From: Squalus acanthias
Taxonomy: Eukaryota
DNA: 64,000 nt
Direction: 5' to 3'
Assembly: GCA_030390025.1 (NCBI GenBank)
Contig: CM059432.1
Coordinates: 22,074,001 to 22,138,000, forward strand
Shown here piece after piece: positions 13,732 to 25,628 of the stretch. A program made the translations under genes and the position numbers. The notes beneath the pieces are model-generated. The model was not told the DNA's origin, searched no databases, and saw nothing but the letters and a program-made list of their open reading frames with translations. Numbering within the stretch: position 1 is the stretch's first letter; every line of letters starts with the position of its first letter.

Positions 13732-14431
13732 TAATTTGGAGTCTGGGAGAAAGCCCAAGGTCTGAATGTAAGCATTGCACGCATTTTGGAGCGAGACTTG
13801 TTTACAATAATGCAGGTTAGGGGCAAAACAGCTGTGGGAAACTGTCCTTTTTGCAAATAAAACCTGTTCTCTCTTTTACTTGACATTCGTCTACTGCTAT
13901 CTGTTTTTATATCAATCAAACATAGAAGCTGACCTAGACCCATCAAAATTCCACAATTTATCTCATCCTTAGGCAGGTGTGGGGGAGATGGGTGCTGGGG
14001 CCAGGAGATCAGGCATTGGGGAGATCGAGGGCAGGGGCCGAAAATCCTTCGCCCTTCGAGCACACTCCAGTGGGAGTGTGCCTAAAGGGCCAGAAAGTAG
14101 AACAAGACCCAGATATGCTAGATCCAGGCCTCTTTCCGAGACTTTGGCTGGAATTTTCCCTACCGAGTCGGGTCGGGTGTATGCGGGCCACGTAGCGGGT
14201 CGGTACCGCAATGTCTTGATCAGCCCACTCTTCAGAGCCACTTTAGCGTAATGGCCTTATTAAAGCAGGCATGCGAGTTTCCTGGCCCTATTAAATGGTG
14301 CGGGTCTGATGACATCATCGATGACTCATTTCCAGCCGGGATATTTAAAGCAGCCTTGGCCACATCGCAGTTGAAGGTTCATTTAGGAGTGTGGAGGTAG
14401 TATTGGAGAGTTGTTGCTGAGGATTATAAAA

Positions 14432-14668
14432 ATGAGTTCACAAAGACAGAAGGCTGCACCCCACTTTTCGGATGAATCCCTACATATTCTTGTGGAGGGA
14501 GTCAGAGCACACAGGGAGGTCCTCTTCTCTGCTGATGGGCAGGAGACCCCCCAAGAGAGCAAAAGGGCATGGCTCCAAATTGCTGAGGAGGTCAACAGCA
14601 GGGATGTCATCAGGAGGACATGGGTACAGTGCAGGAAGGGATTCAATGATCTGATGAGATCAGGAAAG
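14432..14668 (+). pseudogene. Harbinger A Myb/SANT (MSANTD-like) DNA-binding gene, exon 1
   Basis: MSSQRQKAAPHFSDESLHILVEGV...AWLQIAEEVNSRDVIRRTWVQCRKGFNDLMRSGK followed by a GTGAGT donor (phase 0), at the same position as in Harbinger B. Confidence 0.85.
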
Positions 14669-15057
14669 GTGAGTGCAAAGCCACACTCACCTTCATCCTG
14701 ATGTGCCTGTCACCACATCCCCATCACTCTGCCTTCCCAAGCCTACTCCTGCACATCATTACTCATACCAACATACCTTGCACGTCCACCTATCCCTCTC
14801 TATCTATGTACATACTCACATCCCCATCTGACTAACCACCCTGCACATTCACTCTCATCCTAATGTAATCATACCAAGTAACACCATAGAAAGAGGCCAT
14901 TTGGCATTAGCACCACACTCCCTCATGGTCACCCTCTACAGATGTAACCCACACATTCCTTATACTCATTCCATCACTCTCACTCAAACTTCTCTTCTTT
15001 GATTTGGATGAGGGGACCAAATGTAATATATCCAAGTTTGCTGATGATACAAAGCTC

Positions 15058-16634
15058 TGTAAGGGGTCACGGTACTGGTGCGAGGTGAGGCCTTCGTTGC
15101 CTATACCATTGCTTGCTCTGGTCTCCGGCCAGACTTTTGCAATAAGCACCTGTGAGTGGTTCGACCCACTCGCCCTTACGGTTCTGACACCTGGACTTAG
15201 ATGCAAGGAGCAGTAATGCAGAGAAAGACTCAAATAGACCCAGTTGAATAGCACGAAATGAATATCTTTATTGCATGGCGTCTAAAATCATGAAGTACAT
15301 GTCATAGGCGCAGATCAAAGAGAGTACAAGTATACACACGTTCATAAAACTTGGTCTATGGAAATGGGGAACACACGACACATCGTAAAAGGGGGAACAC
15401 ATTATACATTAACCTTAGAAACCACCCTCCCTTAATATACCTAAACTACGTCTGGATTTGTAGGATCGTAAAACATGCTCACCACTCGGCTCACTTCGGA
15501 AATTTAAAGTGAGGCACTCAGCTCGTTTTGCTGCAGCGCCTGACTGTCACGTGGTTGTAAGGGTTTCTGCACCCCACTTGTTTACTCTCGCTGCCGCGAA
15601 AGGTAAGCCAGATTCCCTGATGTCATGAAGTGGTCGATGGATTCAGACCAGATCGTGGAGTAGTCCGTAGAATTCAAAGAAAACGGTTCATGTAGTGGTC
15701 TGTAGAATTCAAAGATGGATTCTGTCGTTATATCTTCGGGCGCGGTCGGGGTTTACTGACCGCGGCGGCACGTGGAATTTCTTCTCGTCTTTCTTCTCGT
15801 CTTTCTTCTGGTTACTCGGGCCTCTGGGTCCGGACACCGTTTACCGACGCTCGGGATGGTGTACCCTGTTACTGGCCCTGTCGAGGCGGCTCGTTCCGAT
15901 TGAGCTCCACCCAACACTCGAATAACCGACCAGCACAGCACCACCGAAGGAACCAGCGCAAGAGCAGAGAAGAGTCCAGGAAGAGCGAGAGAGAAATGGA
16001 CATTTGCTCCCTATAGTTATACTGCTTTGTCGGCCTTATCTCCCGCTCAAATCTAAACGTTATCCTTTGTGTGATTTTGGCGTCCAAAACTCCCAGCATG
16101 GGGCGATTATCTTCTTAACGGGTTTCGGTAACACCTGAAACTGGCCAACTATCCGTTAATACCTTCTCCATTGTTGAGCCAGCCAGGATGTGTATGAATC
16201 GTCTCCTCGACTGGTTTTGGGGCCCCCCGAATACTGGCTTAATCACCCACCAATGTCTCTCTCATTGTTGAGCCAGGGGGGTATTTGTGTATTGATGTGT
16301 CTGGATGGGTTCTCGATGGCCCAGTTCAATGATCCTTACTGTGCGTAGGAAACGATTCCAGCACTTATATCATTGCTATTGTTCAGGATGCAAACGGGTT
16401 GCATCCTGCCTTTTCAATGTGTACCGAGTATGATCCGATCTCATACTGAATGTATATTCGACGCCATCTTGTCTGCCCACTGTGTCTCTGGAAGCTTCTG
16501 CCACGATGCGCGGCGGCCATTTTACAGGCTTCTGTGTCCTTTATTATCAGGACAGCATTTCGTTTAATAAAAATGATCAATTGAATCTGCTTCTCTCATG
16601 TTATTTTGAATCGCGATAATTGCGAAACTCTACA
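15058..16634 (-). mobile_element. Putative solo LTR (ERV/Gypsy type), 1577 bp
   Basis: Begins TGTA and ends TACA; 4-bp flanks GCTC/GCTG; cleanly interrupts the CR1 RT frame. AATAAA lies on the minus strand at 15267-15272. CpG-rich, with no coding capacity. Orientation is inferred. Confidence 0.75.
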
Positions 16635-17391
16635 GCTGGGCGGGAATTTAAGTTGTAAGGAGGATAAAAAAAGGCTTCAAGAGGATATAGACAAGCTAAG
16701 TGAATGGGCAAAAACATGGCAAATGGAATATAATGTGGAGAAATGTGAAGTTATCCACTTCGGTAGGAAAAATAGAAAAGCAGAGTATTTTTTAAATGGT
16801 GTGAGATTGGGAAATGTTGGTGTTCAGAGGGACCTGGGTGTCCTTGTACTCGAATCACTGAAAGTTAACATGCAGGTACAACAAGCAATTAGGAAAGCAA
16901 ATGGTATGTTGGCCTTTGGACATCTTACTGCAATTATATAGGGCCCTGGTGAGACCACACCTGGAGTATTGTGTACAGTTTTGGTCTCCTTACCTAAGGA
17001 AGGATATACTTGCCATAGACGGAGTGCAACGAAGGTTCACCAGACTGATTCCTGGGATGGGAGGATTGTCCTATGAGGAGAGATTGAGTAGACTCGGCCT
17101 ATGTTCTCTAGAGTTTAGAAGATTAAGAGGTGATCTCATTGAAACATACAAAATTCTTACAGCACTTGACAGGGAAGATGCAGGGAGGAAGTTTCCCCTG
17201 GCTAGGGAATCTAGAACCAGGGGTCACGGTCTCAGAATAAGGGGTCGGCCATTTAGGACTGAGATGAGGAGAAATTTCTTCACTCAGAGAGTGGTGAATC
17301 TTTGGAATTCTCTACCCCAGAGGGCTGTGGAGGTTCAGTTGTTGAGTATATTCAAGACAGAGATTGATAGATTTTTGGAAATTAAGGGAAT

Positions 17392-17885
17392 CATAAGAAC
17401 ATATGAACATAAGAAACAGGAGCAGGAGTAGGCCATTCAATAAGATCACGGCTGATCTTCTACCTCATCTCCACTTTCCTGAACTATCCCCATATCCCTT
17501 GACTCCCTTAATATTCAAAAATCTATCGATCCACTGGTTCCCCTTATCTATTCTGCTAGTTATCACCTCAAAAAACTCTAACAGATTTGTCAAACACGAT
17601 TTCCCTTTCATAAATCCGTGTTGACTCTGCCCAATCCTATTATTATTTTCTAAGTGCCCTGTTACCACGACCTTAATAACAGATTCTGGCATTTTCCCTA
17701 CTACTGATGTCAGGCTAACTGGTCTGTCGTTCCCTGTTTACTCTCTCCCTCCTTTCTTAAATAGTGGGGTTACATTTGTTAACTTCCAATCCACGCGAAC
17801 CGTTCTAGAATCTATGGAATTTTGGAAAATGACAGCCAATGTATCCACTATCTCTATAGCCAACTCTTTCAAAACCCTAGGATTT
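17392..17885 (-). mobile_element. Antisense CR1 fragment with a large internal deletion
   Basis: Tail at 17392-17415; the 3' UTR region is joined at about 17530 directly to RT-region sequence (SQHGFMKGKSCLTNLLEFFE; NPRVLKELAIEIVD). Confidence 0.85.
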
Positions 17886-18028
17886 GGGATATGGGGATAG
17901 TGCAGGAAAGTGGAGTTGAGGTAGAAGATCAGCCATGATCTTATTGAATGGCGGAGCAGGCTCGAAGGGCCAAATGGCCTACTCCTGCTCCTATTTCTTA
18001 TGTTCTTATGTTCTTTCCCTCCTTGCAG

Positions 18029-18188
18029 GAGAAGAGAGCCCACAACAACAGGGAGGGGGAGAGCACCAGAGATGGCCTTCCATCCTTCAATACTTTGAAT
18101 GCAGCAGAGGAGGTGGGCCTGGAGGTGTTGCGAGTTGCAGAGCTGCTGGCGGCAGGAGACAGAGAGAGGGGGACCACACAGCAACCTG
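18029..18188 (+). pseudogene. Harbinger A Myb/SANT gene, exon 2
   Basis: CCTTGCAG acceptor, EKRAHNNREGESTRDGLPSF..., and a phase-1 GT donor at 18189. It is 160 nt versus 163 nt for the equivalent exon of Harbinger B. Confidence 0.75.
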
Positions 18189-18325
18189 GTGACAGAATTA
18201 CATCTCATACAGCCACATGGCACACAGCAGTCACTCATATGGTGACTGATGTCAGCAGCCAGTGAATGTTCATCATGTGCATAATGGTATTGTTATCCAT
18301 TCTTAATATAACATTTCTAAATCAT

Positions 18326-18999
18326 GGCCGCGAAATTCGGCTCTTTTGTGCCTGCCGTTAGTGCCTCTGGGGGGTGCTAACGTGGCGCAAAGGACTTATC
18401 GCCCGTGTGGGCCTCCCGAGAAATTCGGCAAGGCGCTACTGAGGTGCTAGCCAATAGCGCTGCGCCCCCGCCTGTAGCGCCCTGGGTTGCTGTGCCGCGA
18501 CCCTTAGCGCCCCGTGGCAGAAATTCGGCTGCGCCCCACGAGGCTGTCACGGGCAGTGTAAGCGCCAGCCTTGCGGTTCAGGAGCCGGGCCGACTACCGT
18601 TCGCGGGGCACTAATTAAGGGAGGTGCAGCCGCGACCCGCGCTGCCATTTTATTTATTTTTGGCCAACCTCCTGGTCAGCCCTCCATGGCAGCCCTTGGC
18701 GTGGTCCGTGGCCCGACATTACGCAGCCCGGCACTGCATCTCAGTGCCGGGCTGCAGCCACGGCACCACGCCGCCCTGGTGGGCTAGTGTGGGCCATTGG
18801 CGGCCCTGCAGAGCTCGCAGCGTCCCTCCCCTTTAATGGAAGGGGAGGGCCGCTGAAACGCATTAGCACTACGCGTAGCGGCTGCGTAGCACTCTGACGC
18901 TACCATGCTTTGTGCTCCCGACACTGCCCCGAGAGGAAATGGAGCGCCCGAGATAACGCTCCGCTTCCTCGCCATGGCGGTAAGCCGAATTTAGCGGCC
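18326..18999. mobile_element. GC-rich Harbinger-type MITE lacking a TSD
   Basis: 17-bp TIR GGCCGCGAAATTCGGCT / AGCCGAATTTAGCGGCC (1 mismatch); flanks CAT and GGA differ. Confidence 0.8.
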
Positions 19000-19051
19000 G
19001 GAGCGGTACTTGGCACAGCATGTGGCAGCCATATGGGTGCAATGCAGGAAG

Positions 19052-19906
19052 TTAAGTAAATCTGGCCATGTTGAGACCATCCCTGGCCTTCCGGACAGCA
19101 ATATGTTGATGCCATCTGGACCTCAGGTTCTTCCTGCTCCTCCTCCTCGTCTTCCAGCTGATTTCCTCCTCCTCCTCCTCCTCTGAAGAAGAAGCTGTGC
19201 GCTCTGCGCTTTGCTCCTCATGCAGCTCTAATCCTCGTTGCTGCACTGTGTTGTGCAGCGCGCAGCAGACTACGATGATTCTGGAGACCCTGGCTGGTGC
19301 GTATTGAAGGGCTCCTCCAGATGTATCAAGGCATCTGAAGTGCATCTTCAGCATCCCTATTGTTTGCTCCATAACACATCTGGTGGAAATGTGGCTTTCA
19401 TTATAATGTTCCTTGGCCTCATTGCTTGGCCTCCTCAAGGTTGTCATGAGCCATGTCTTTAGTGGATAGTCCTTGTCACTAAGCATCCAGCTGGTAAGTG
19501 TGTTTGGTGGTGCGAAGAGCAGAGGGTGGGTGGACTTGCACAGGACGAAAGAGTCCATGACAGCTGCCAGGGAATTTGACGCATACATGCATGATGATGT
19601 TACTATGGTTGCAGAAAAGCTGCACATTGAGGGAGTGGAAGCCCTTGTGGTTGATAAACACTCCTGGGTGATGTGGGGGTGCCCTGATGGCTACATGTGT
19701 GCAGTCGAAGATGCCCTGCACCGGTGGGAAGCCAGCCAGAGCGGCAAAGCTGAGCACATGCTCACTAACACTGGCTTTAGCAGTGGCAAAGTTCACATAA
19801 TTGGCTGACTTGTTAAACATGGCATCGGTGACCTGTGTGATGCATCTGTGGGCGGCCAACTGCGAGATGCCGCAAATGTCTGCTGCAGATCCCTGGAAGG
19901 AGCCTG
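19052..19906 (-). pseudogene. Harbinger A DDE transposase (HARBI1-like), C-terminal part, frameshifted
   Basis: Motifs [70 protein letters not shown] and an acidic tail. Confidence 0.92.
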
Positions 19907-22900
19907 TGGCCATCCCCCTCTCAAACAGATATACCACTTTGGATATTGTTGAGGGGGATGGCTTATCGGGGGAAGGCAGCAGCAATCAACTTCCTGGCAC
20001 CATGGGTGGTTCTGCTGCACAGGAGGGGAGGAAAAAGCCCGGGAGAGCTATAGTGATAAGGGATTCTATTGTAAGGGGAATAGATAGGCGTGTCTGCGGC
20101 CGCAAATGAGACTCCAGGATGGTATGTTGCCTCCCTGGTGCAAGGGTCAAGGATGTCTCAGAGCGGCTGCAGGGCATTCTGGAAGGGAAGGGTGAACAGC
20201 CAGTTGTCGTGGTGCATATAGGTACCAACGAGATAGGTAAAAAATGGGATGAGGTCCTAAAAGCTGAATACAGGGAGTTAGGAGGTAAATGAAAAAATAG
20301 GACCTCAAAGGTAGTAATCTCAGGATTGCTACCAGTGCCACGTACTAGTCAGAGTAGAAATAGAAGGATATTTCAGATGAATACGTGGCTAGAAGAATGG
20401 TGCAAGGGGGAGGGATTCAAATTCCTTGGACATTGAAACCGGTTCTGGGGGAGGTGGGACCAGTACAAACTGGACGGTTTGCACCTGGGCAGGACCGGGA
20501 CTGATATCCTAGGGGGAGTGTTTGCTAGTGCTGTTGGGGAGGGTTTAAACTAAAATGGCAGGGGGTTGGGAACCTGTGCAGGGAGACAGAGGAAAGGGAA
20601 GCAAAGATAGAAACACAAGACAGGAAGGAGAAAAGCAAAAGTGGAAGGCAGAGAAATCAGGGTGTAAATCAAACATGGCCACAGTAAACAATAATTCTAA
20701 ATGGTCTAAGAGTGTTAAAAAAACAAGCCTGAAGGCTCTGTGTCTTAATGTGAAGAGCATTCGTAATAAGGTGGATGAATTAATTGTGCAAATAGATGTA
20801 AACGGATATGATATAATTGGGATTACGGAGACATAGCTCCAGGGTGACCAAGGCTGTGAATTCAATATCCAGGGGTATTCAATATTTAGGAAGGACAGGC
20901 AAAAAGGAAAAGGAGGTGGGGTAGCATTGCTGGTTAAAGAGGAGATTAACACAATAGTAAGGAAGGATATTAGCGCTGATGATGTGGAATCTGTATGGGT
21001 AGAGCTGAGAAATACCAAGGGGCAGAAAACGTTAGTGGGAGTTGTATAGAGACCCCCAAACAGTAATGCTGAGGTTGGGGATGGCATTAAGCGGGAAATT
21101 AGAGATGCGTGCAATAAGGGCACAGCAGTTATCATGGGTGACTTTAATCTACATATAGATTGTGCTAACCAAATTAGTAACAATACTGTGGAGAGGAATT
21201 CCTAGAGTGTATACGGGATGGTTTCCTGGACCAATATGTCAAGGAACCAACTAGAGATCAGGCCATCTTAGACTGGGTATTATGTAATGAGAAAGGATTA
21301 ATTAGCAATCTTGTTGTGCGAGGCCCCTTGGGGAGGAGCGATCATAATATGATAGAATTCTTCATTAAGATGGAGAGTGAAGTAGTTGACTCAGAGACTA
21401 GGGTCCTGAATTTAAATAAAGGAAACTACGATGGTATGAGGCGCGAGTTGGCTAGGATGGATTGGGGAACGTTATTAAAGGGTTGACGGTGGATAGGCAA
21501 TGGCAAACATTTAAAGATCGCATGGATGAACTATAGAATTTGTTCATCCCTGTTTGGCATAAAAATAAAACAAAAAAGGTGACTCAACTATGGCTAACCA
21601 GGGAAATTAGGGATAGCATAAGATCCAAGAAGAGGACATATAAATTGACCAAAAAAAGCAGCAAATCTGAGGATTGGGAGCAGTTTAGGATTCAGCAAAG
21701 GAGGACAAAGGGATTAATTAAGAGGGGGAAAATAGAGTATGAGAGTAAGCTTGCAGGGAACATAAAAACTGACTGTAAAAGCTTCTATAGATATGTGAAG
21801 AGAAAAAGATTTGTGAAGTCAAGCGTAGGTCCCTTGCAGTCAGAATCAGGGGAATTTATAATGGGGAACAAAGAAATGGCAGACCAATTAAATACATACT
21901 TTGGTTCTGTCTTCACAAAGGAGGACACAAATAACCTCCCAGAGATGTCGGGGAACATAGGGTCTAATGAGAGGGAGGAACTGAATGAAATCAGTATTTG
22001 TAGGGAAATGGTGTTAGGGAAATTGACGGGATTGAAGGCCGATAAATCCCCAGGGCCTGATAATCTACATCCTAGGGTACTTAAGGAAGTGGCCCTAGAA
22101 ATAGTAGATGCATTGCTGGTCATCTTCCAAAATTCTATAGACTCTGGAACAGTTCCCATGGATAGGAAGGTAGCTAATGTAACCCCACTATTTAAAACGG
22201 TGGTAGAGAGAACATGGGGAATTATAGACCGGTAAGCCTGACATAGGTAGTGGGGGAAATGCTAGAGTCCATTATAAAAGATGTAATAGCAGAGCACTTG
22301 GAAAACAGTGACAGGATCGGACAAAGTAAACATGGATTTACAAAAGGTAAATCATGCTTGACTAATCTACTGGAATTTTTTGAGGATGTAACTGATAGAA
22401 TAGATAAGGGAGAACCAGTGGACGTGGTGTATTTGGACTTTCAGAAGGCTTTCGATAAGGTCCCGCATAAGAGATTAGTGTGCAAAGTTAAAACACAAGG
22501 GATTGGGGGTAAGGTACTGTCTTGGATAGAAAACTGGTTGGCAGACAGGAAGCAAAGAGTTGGAATATAAGGGTCTTTTTCCGAGTGGCAGGCAGTGACT
22601 AGTGGGGCACCACAGGGATCAGTGCTAGGACCCCAGCTACTCACAATATATATTAATGATCTAGACGAGGGAACTAGATGTAATATCTCCAAGTTTGCAG
22701 ATGACACAAAGCTAGTTGGGCGTGTGTGCTGTGAGGAGGATGCAGAGAAATTCCAGTATGATTTGGACAGGTTGGGCGATTGGGCAGATGCATGGCAGAT
22801 GCAGTATCATGTGGATAAATGCGAGGTTATCCACTTTGGTGGCAAAAACAGGAAGGCAGATTATTATCTGAATGGCAATAGATTGGGAAAAGGGGAAGTG

Positions 22901-23632
22901 CAACAAGACCTGGGTGTCCTTGTGCACCAGTCGCTGAAGGTAAGCATGCAGGTGCAGCAGACGGTTAAGAAAGCAAATGGTATGTTGGCCTTCATAGCGA
23001 GAGGGTTCGAATACAGGAACAAGGATGTCTTCCTGCAGTTGTACAGGGCCTTGGTGAGACCACACCTTGAGTATTGTGTGCAGTTTTGGTCGCCTTATCT
23101 GAGGAAGGATGTTCTTGCCATGGAGAGAGTGCAGCGAAGATTCACCAGATTGATACCTGGGATGGCAGGGATGACGTATGAAGAGAGATTGGGTCGATTG
23201 GGCTTGTATTCGCTAGAGTTTAGAAGAATGAGAGGGGATCTCATTGAAACGTATAAAATTCTAACAGGACTAGACAGACTAGATGCAGGAAGGATGTTCC
23301 CGATGGTGGGGGAGTCCAGAACCAGGGGTCACAGTCTAAGGATAAGGGGTAAGCCATTTAGGACTGAGATGAGGAGGAATTTCTTCACCCAGAGAGTGGT
23401 GAAACTGTGGAATTCTCTACCACAGAAGACAGTTGAGTCCAATTCATTAAATATATTGAAGAAGGAGTTAGATATATTTCTTAAGGCTAAGGGGATCAAG
23501 GGATATGGGGAGAAAGCAGGGACAGGGTACTGAATTTGGTTGATCAGACATGATCGTATTGAGTGGCGGGGCAGGCTCGAGGGGCCAAATGGCCTACTCC
23601 TGCTCCTATCTTCTATGTTTCTATGTTTCTAT
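19907..23632 (+). mobile_element. Near full-length CR1 LINE (truncated ORF1 with SGNH-esterase domain, APE-RT ORF2) with stops and frameshifts
   Basis: ORF1: RDSIVRG...CLPGARVKDV...VHIGTN...DGLHL. APE: IIGITET, GGGVALL, IMGDFN, RSDHN. RT: PGPDNLHP, YLDFQKAFDKVPH, PQGSVLGP, FADD. TTCTATGT tail; GAGCCTG TSD at 19900-19906 and 23633-23639. Confidence 0.96.
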
Positions 23633-23639
23633 GAGCCTG

Positions 23640-24030
23640 ATCCAAAGAAGTTGAGGGCGCTGGTGACTTTGACAGCCACTGGTAAGGAGTGTCCACCCGC
23701 TCCTCTGGGCTGCAGGTCTTACTCCAGCAATGTGCAAATGTCTGCGATGACCTGGCGCGATAGCCTGAGCCTCCTTTGGCACTGCTGCTCAGTCATGTTG
23801 AGGAAGCTCATCCTCTGCCTGTATACCCTTTGTTGTGGGTGTCGCCTCTGGTACGCTGCAGCCCTGCGCTGATGCCCTCTGTCCTGTGGAGCATCAGGTC
23901 GTTGAGGAGAAGGTTGTTGGTATTGTTGCTGCTGCTGCTGGTGTGCCTGCTGCTGCTGGTGTTGTGGCTTATCCTAGTACGATTCTGAGGACCAAGGTGA
24001 GACAGTATAATGTAGGAGAACATCCCACGG
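23640..24030 (-). pseudogene. Harbinger A transposase, N-terminal part
   Basis: Minus strand reads Q-rich...RVYRQRMSFLNMTEQQCQRRLRLSRQVIADIC...LPVAVKVTSALNFFGSG and rejoins SFQGS at 19900 once the CR1 is removed. Confidence 0.88.
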
Positions 24031-24356
24031 CACTTTGCAGAAGTGTTAAATGGTAAACAAAATTAAGCATTACGGCTGCACCCATCCAGGTGAGTTAATA
24101 ACTTTAGTATCAAGCCAGGCCTGTTGATTATTCACATGCCCATTTTATCGAAGAAAACTTGACACCAGGGGTGGATCTCAGTGGACGGACATTAAATTTG
24201 ACACAGGATCAATTGATATCATTTTTGAGGCTATGCAAGGTCAGCAGGTCATCCTCCCAAAAGTTAGCCAGTTTCTGACTTACTGACCTGCACATGACCG
24301 AGCAAGGCTCCGCACCATGAGCAGAGATTCACAACATCCTCCTGATAAGAAACAAT

Positions 24357-25099
24357 GGCCCAGATATTCCGATCGCAGGCCTCCCGCGGGCGGAGGACTG
24401 CGATCTGGAAAAATCTGCGCCCTTACCTGAGGGCTCCCGGGACGTGCACAGTTCCGCTCCTGGGCCTCTCCAAACTGCCAGTGCGCAGGGCCCATGTGTC
24501 CCAGAGGCGCAGGTAGTTCGCAGCGTCCCTGGGATCACGTGGGCCATGGGGAGCCAATCAAAGAAGGGAATCTCCCTTCATACATTTGACAGGAAGACCT
24601 GTCAAATATATGAATGGAGATCACCCCCAAAACATAGTAAAACTTTAAATACATTTTTAATAAAAATCACATTTTTAAAATGACTTGAAAGTCCAAAAAA
24701 TTAACTATTTTAAACAAAACTTTACATTTTGGAAAAAAATATTTAAAGTTTTTTACGGGGCTAAAAATAAACACCATTTTTTAAAGTATTTTTAAATGAT
24801 AAATCAGTGGAAATTGTTTTTTTTTAACTTTTTTTCAACTCTTATCCTGGTAAAAGCAGGCCTTACACCTGCTTTTACCAGGTGCAGGAATTGTAAGTGT
24901 TTTCTGCGGGCGGAGGGTCTCCAAAAAGCGGAACTATCCGCCCGCAGAGGCCCTTCTCCAGGGCAGCCGGAGGATCTGTCAAGAGCTTTCTTGACGGTTT
25001 CCAGCGCATGCACAGTGCATGCCTAAAACCGTCATTTCCGATGTCCCTACGGGTGGGTACACAGCGCGTACCCCCCGTAGGGATCGGAATATCCAGCCC
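24357..25099 (+). mobile_element. Harbinger-type MITE, family shared with 47338-48098
   Basis: TIR GGCCCAGATATTCCGATC / GATCGGAATATCCAGCCC; AAT TSD on both sides; AT-rich core. Confidence 0.88.
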
Positions 25100-25628
25100 A
25101 ATATGTGAAGCAGAAAGGTTCGTTTTTTTAAGAAACCAAGATGAAGGGCCAAGCCTTAAAGCACACAAAGCCACCAAGATGAAAAGAATAGAAGAGAGTA
25201 GAAGAGGTAAATCAGGAATCAGCACTTAGCAGATGTCAAGCTTGAGTCACTCAGTAGGATAACATTACATAACATTAACATTATGGGGGAGAAATTCAGT
25301 ATCGCCCCGTTTGGGGCGCGATTATCGGCCAGGCGCAAAGTTTAGCGCCTGCCGCTTATTATCGCTTCTGACTGCAAACTTGACTTTTATCGCCCCTGGT
25401 GGTGATTGGAGCACACCTGTCTTAAGGCGGAAAGGCCGAGGAGTGAGGCGCTAACTCAGAGCGCGGGCGCAGCACAGGTGATGTCAGTTAGCGATGGAAC
25501 ACAGACACACTGGCGCCGGCCAATTCTTAAAAGGGAGGGTCGATCTTGCTCTCCAGCCAGACCCTGCTCATTGGAGCCTTGGATCTCGGCCTGGAGAGAC
25601 CTGTGACTACATTTTCCAGCCAAGGACT

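Larger units (their letters stand above)
15001..18010 (+). mobile_element. 5'-truncated CR1 LINE inserted in intron 1 of the Harbinger A Myb gene, itself split twice
   Basis: ISKFADDTKL (15030-15056) resumes as GGNLSCKEDKKRLQ at 16638; RPHLEYCVQFWSPYL motif present; 3' end at 17886-18010 with TTCTTATG tail; TTCTTT TSD at 14995-15000 and 18011-18016. Confidence 0.9.
14146..24300. mobile_element. Harbinger A, a decayed autonomous-type PIF/Harbinger element carrying five nested insertions; right end not resolved
   Basis: Left TIR-like GGCTGGAATTTTCC at 14146; Myb exons at 14432 and 18029 (+); transposase halves at 19052-19906 and 23640-24030 (-). Confidence 0.8.

Noticed and set aside
20545..21183. 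212-aa minus-strand ORF (also 21785-22159 and 22712-23065)
   Set aside because: These are antisense shadows of CR1 ORF2.
24250..24300. Right TIR of Harbinger A
   Set aside because: AAAAGTTAGCC only weakly matches the expected GAAAATTCCAGCC and no TSD matches, so the end is left unresolved.
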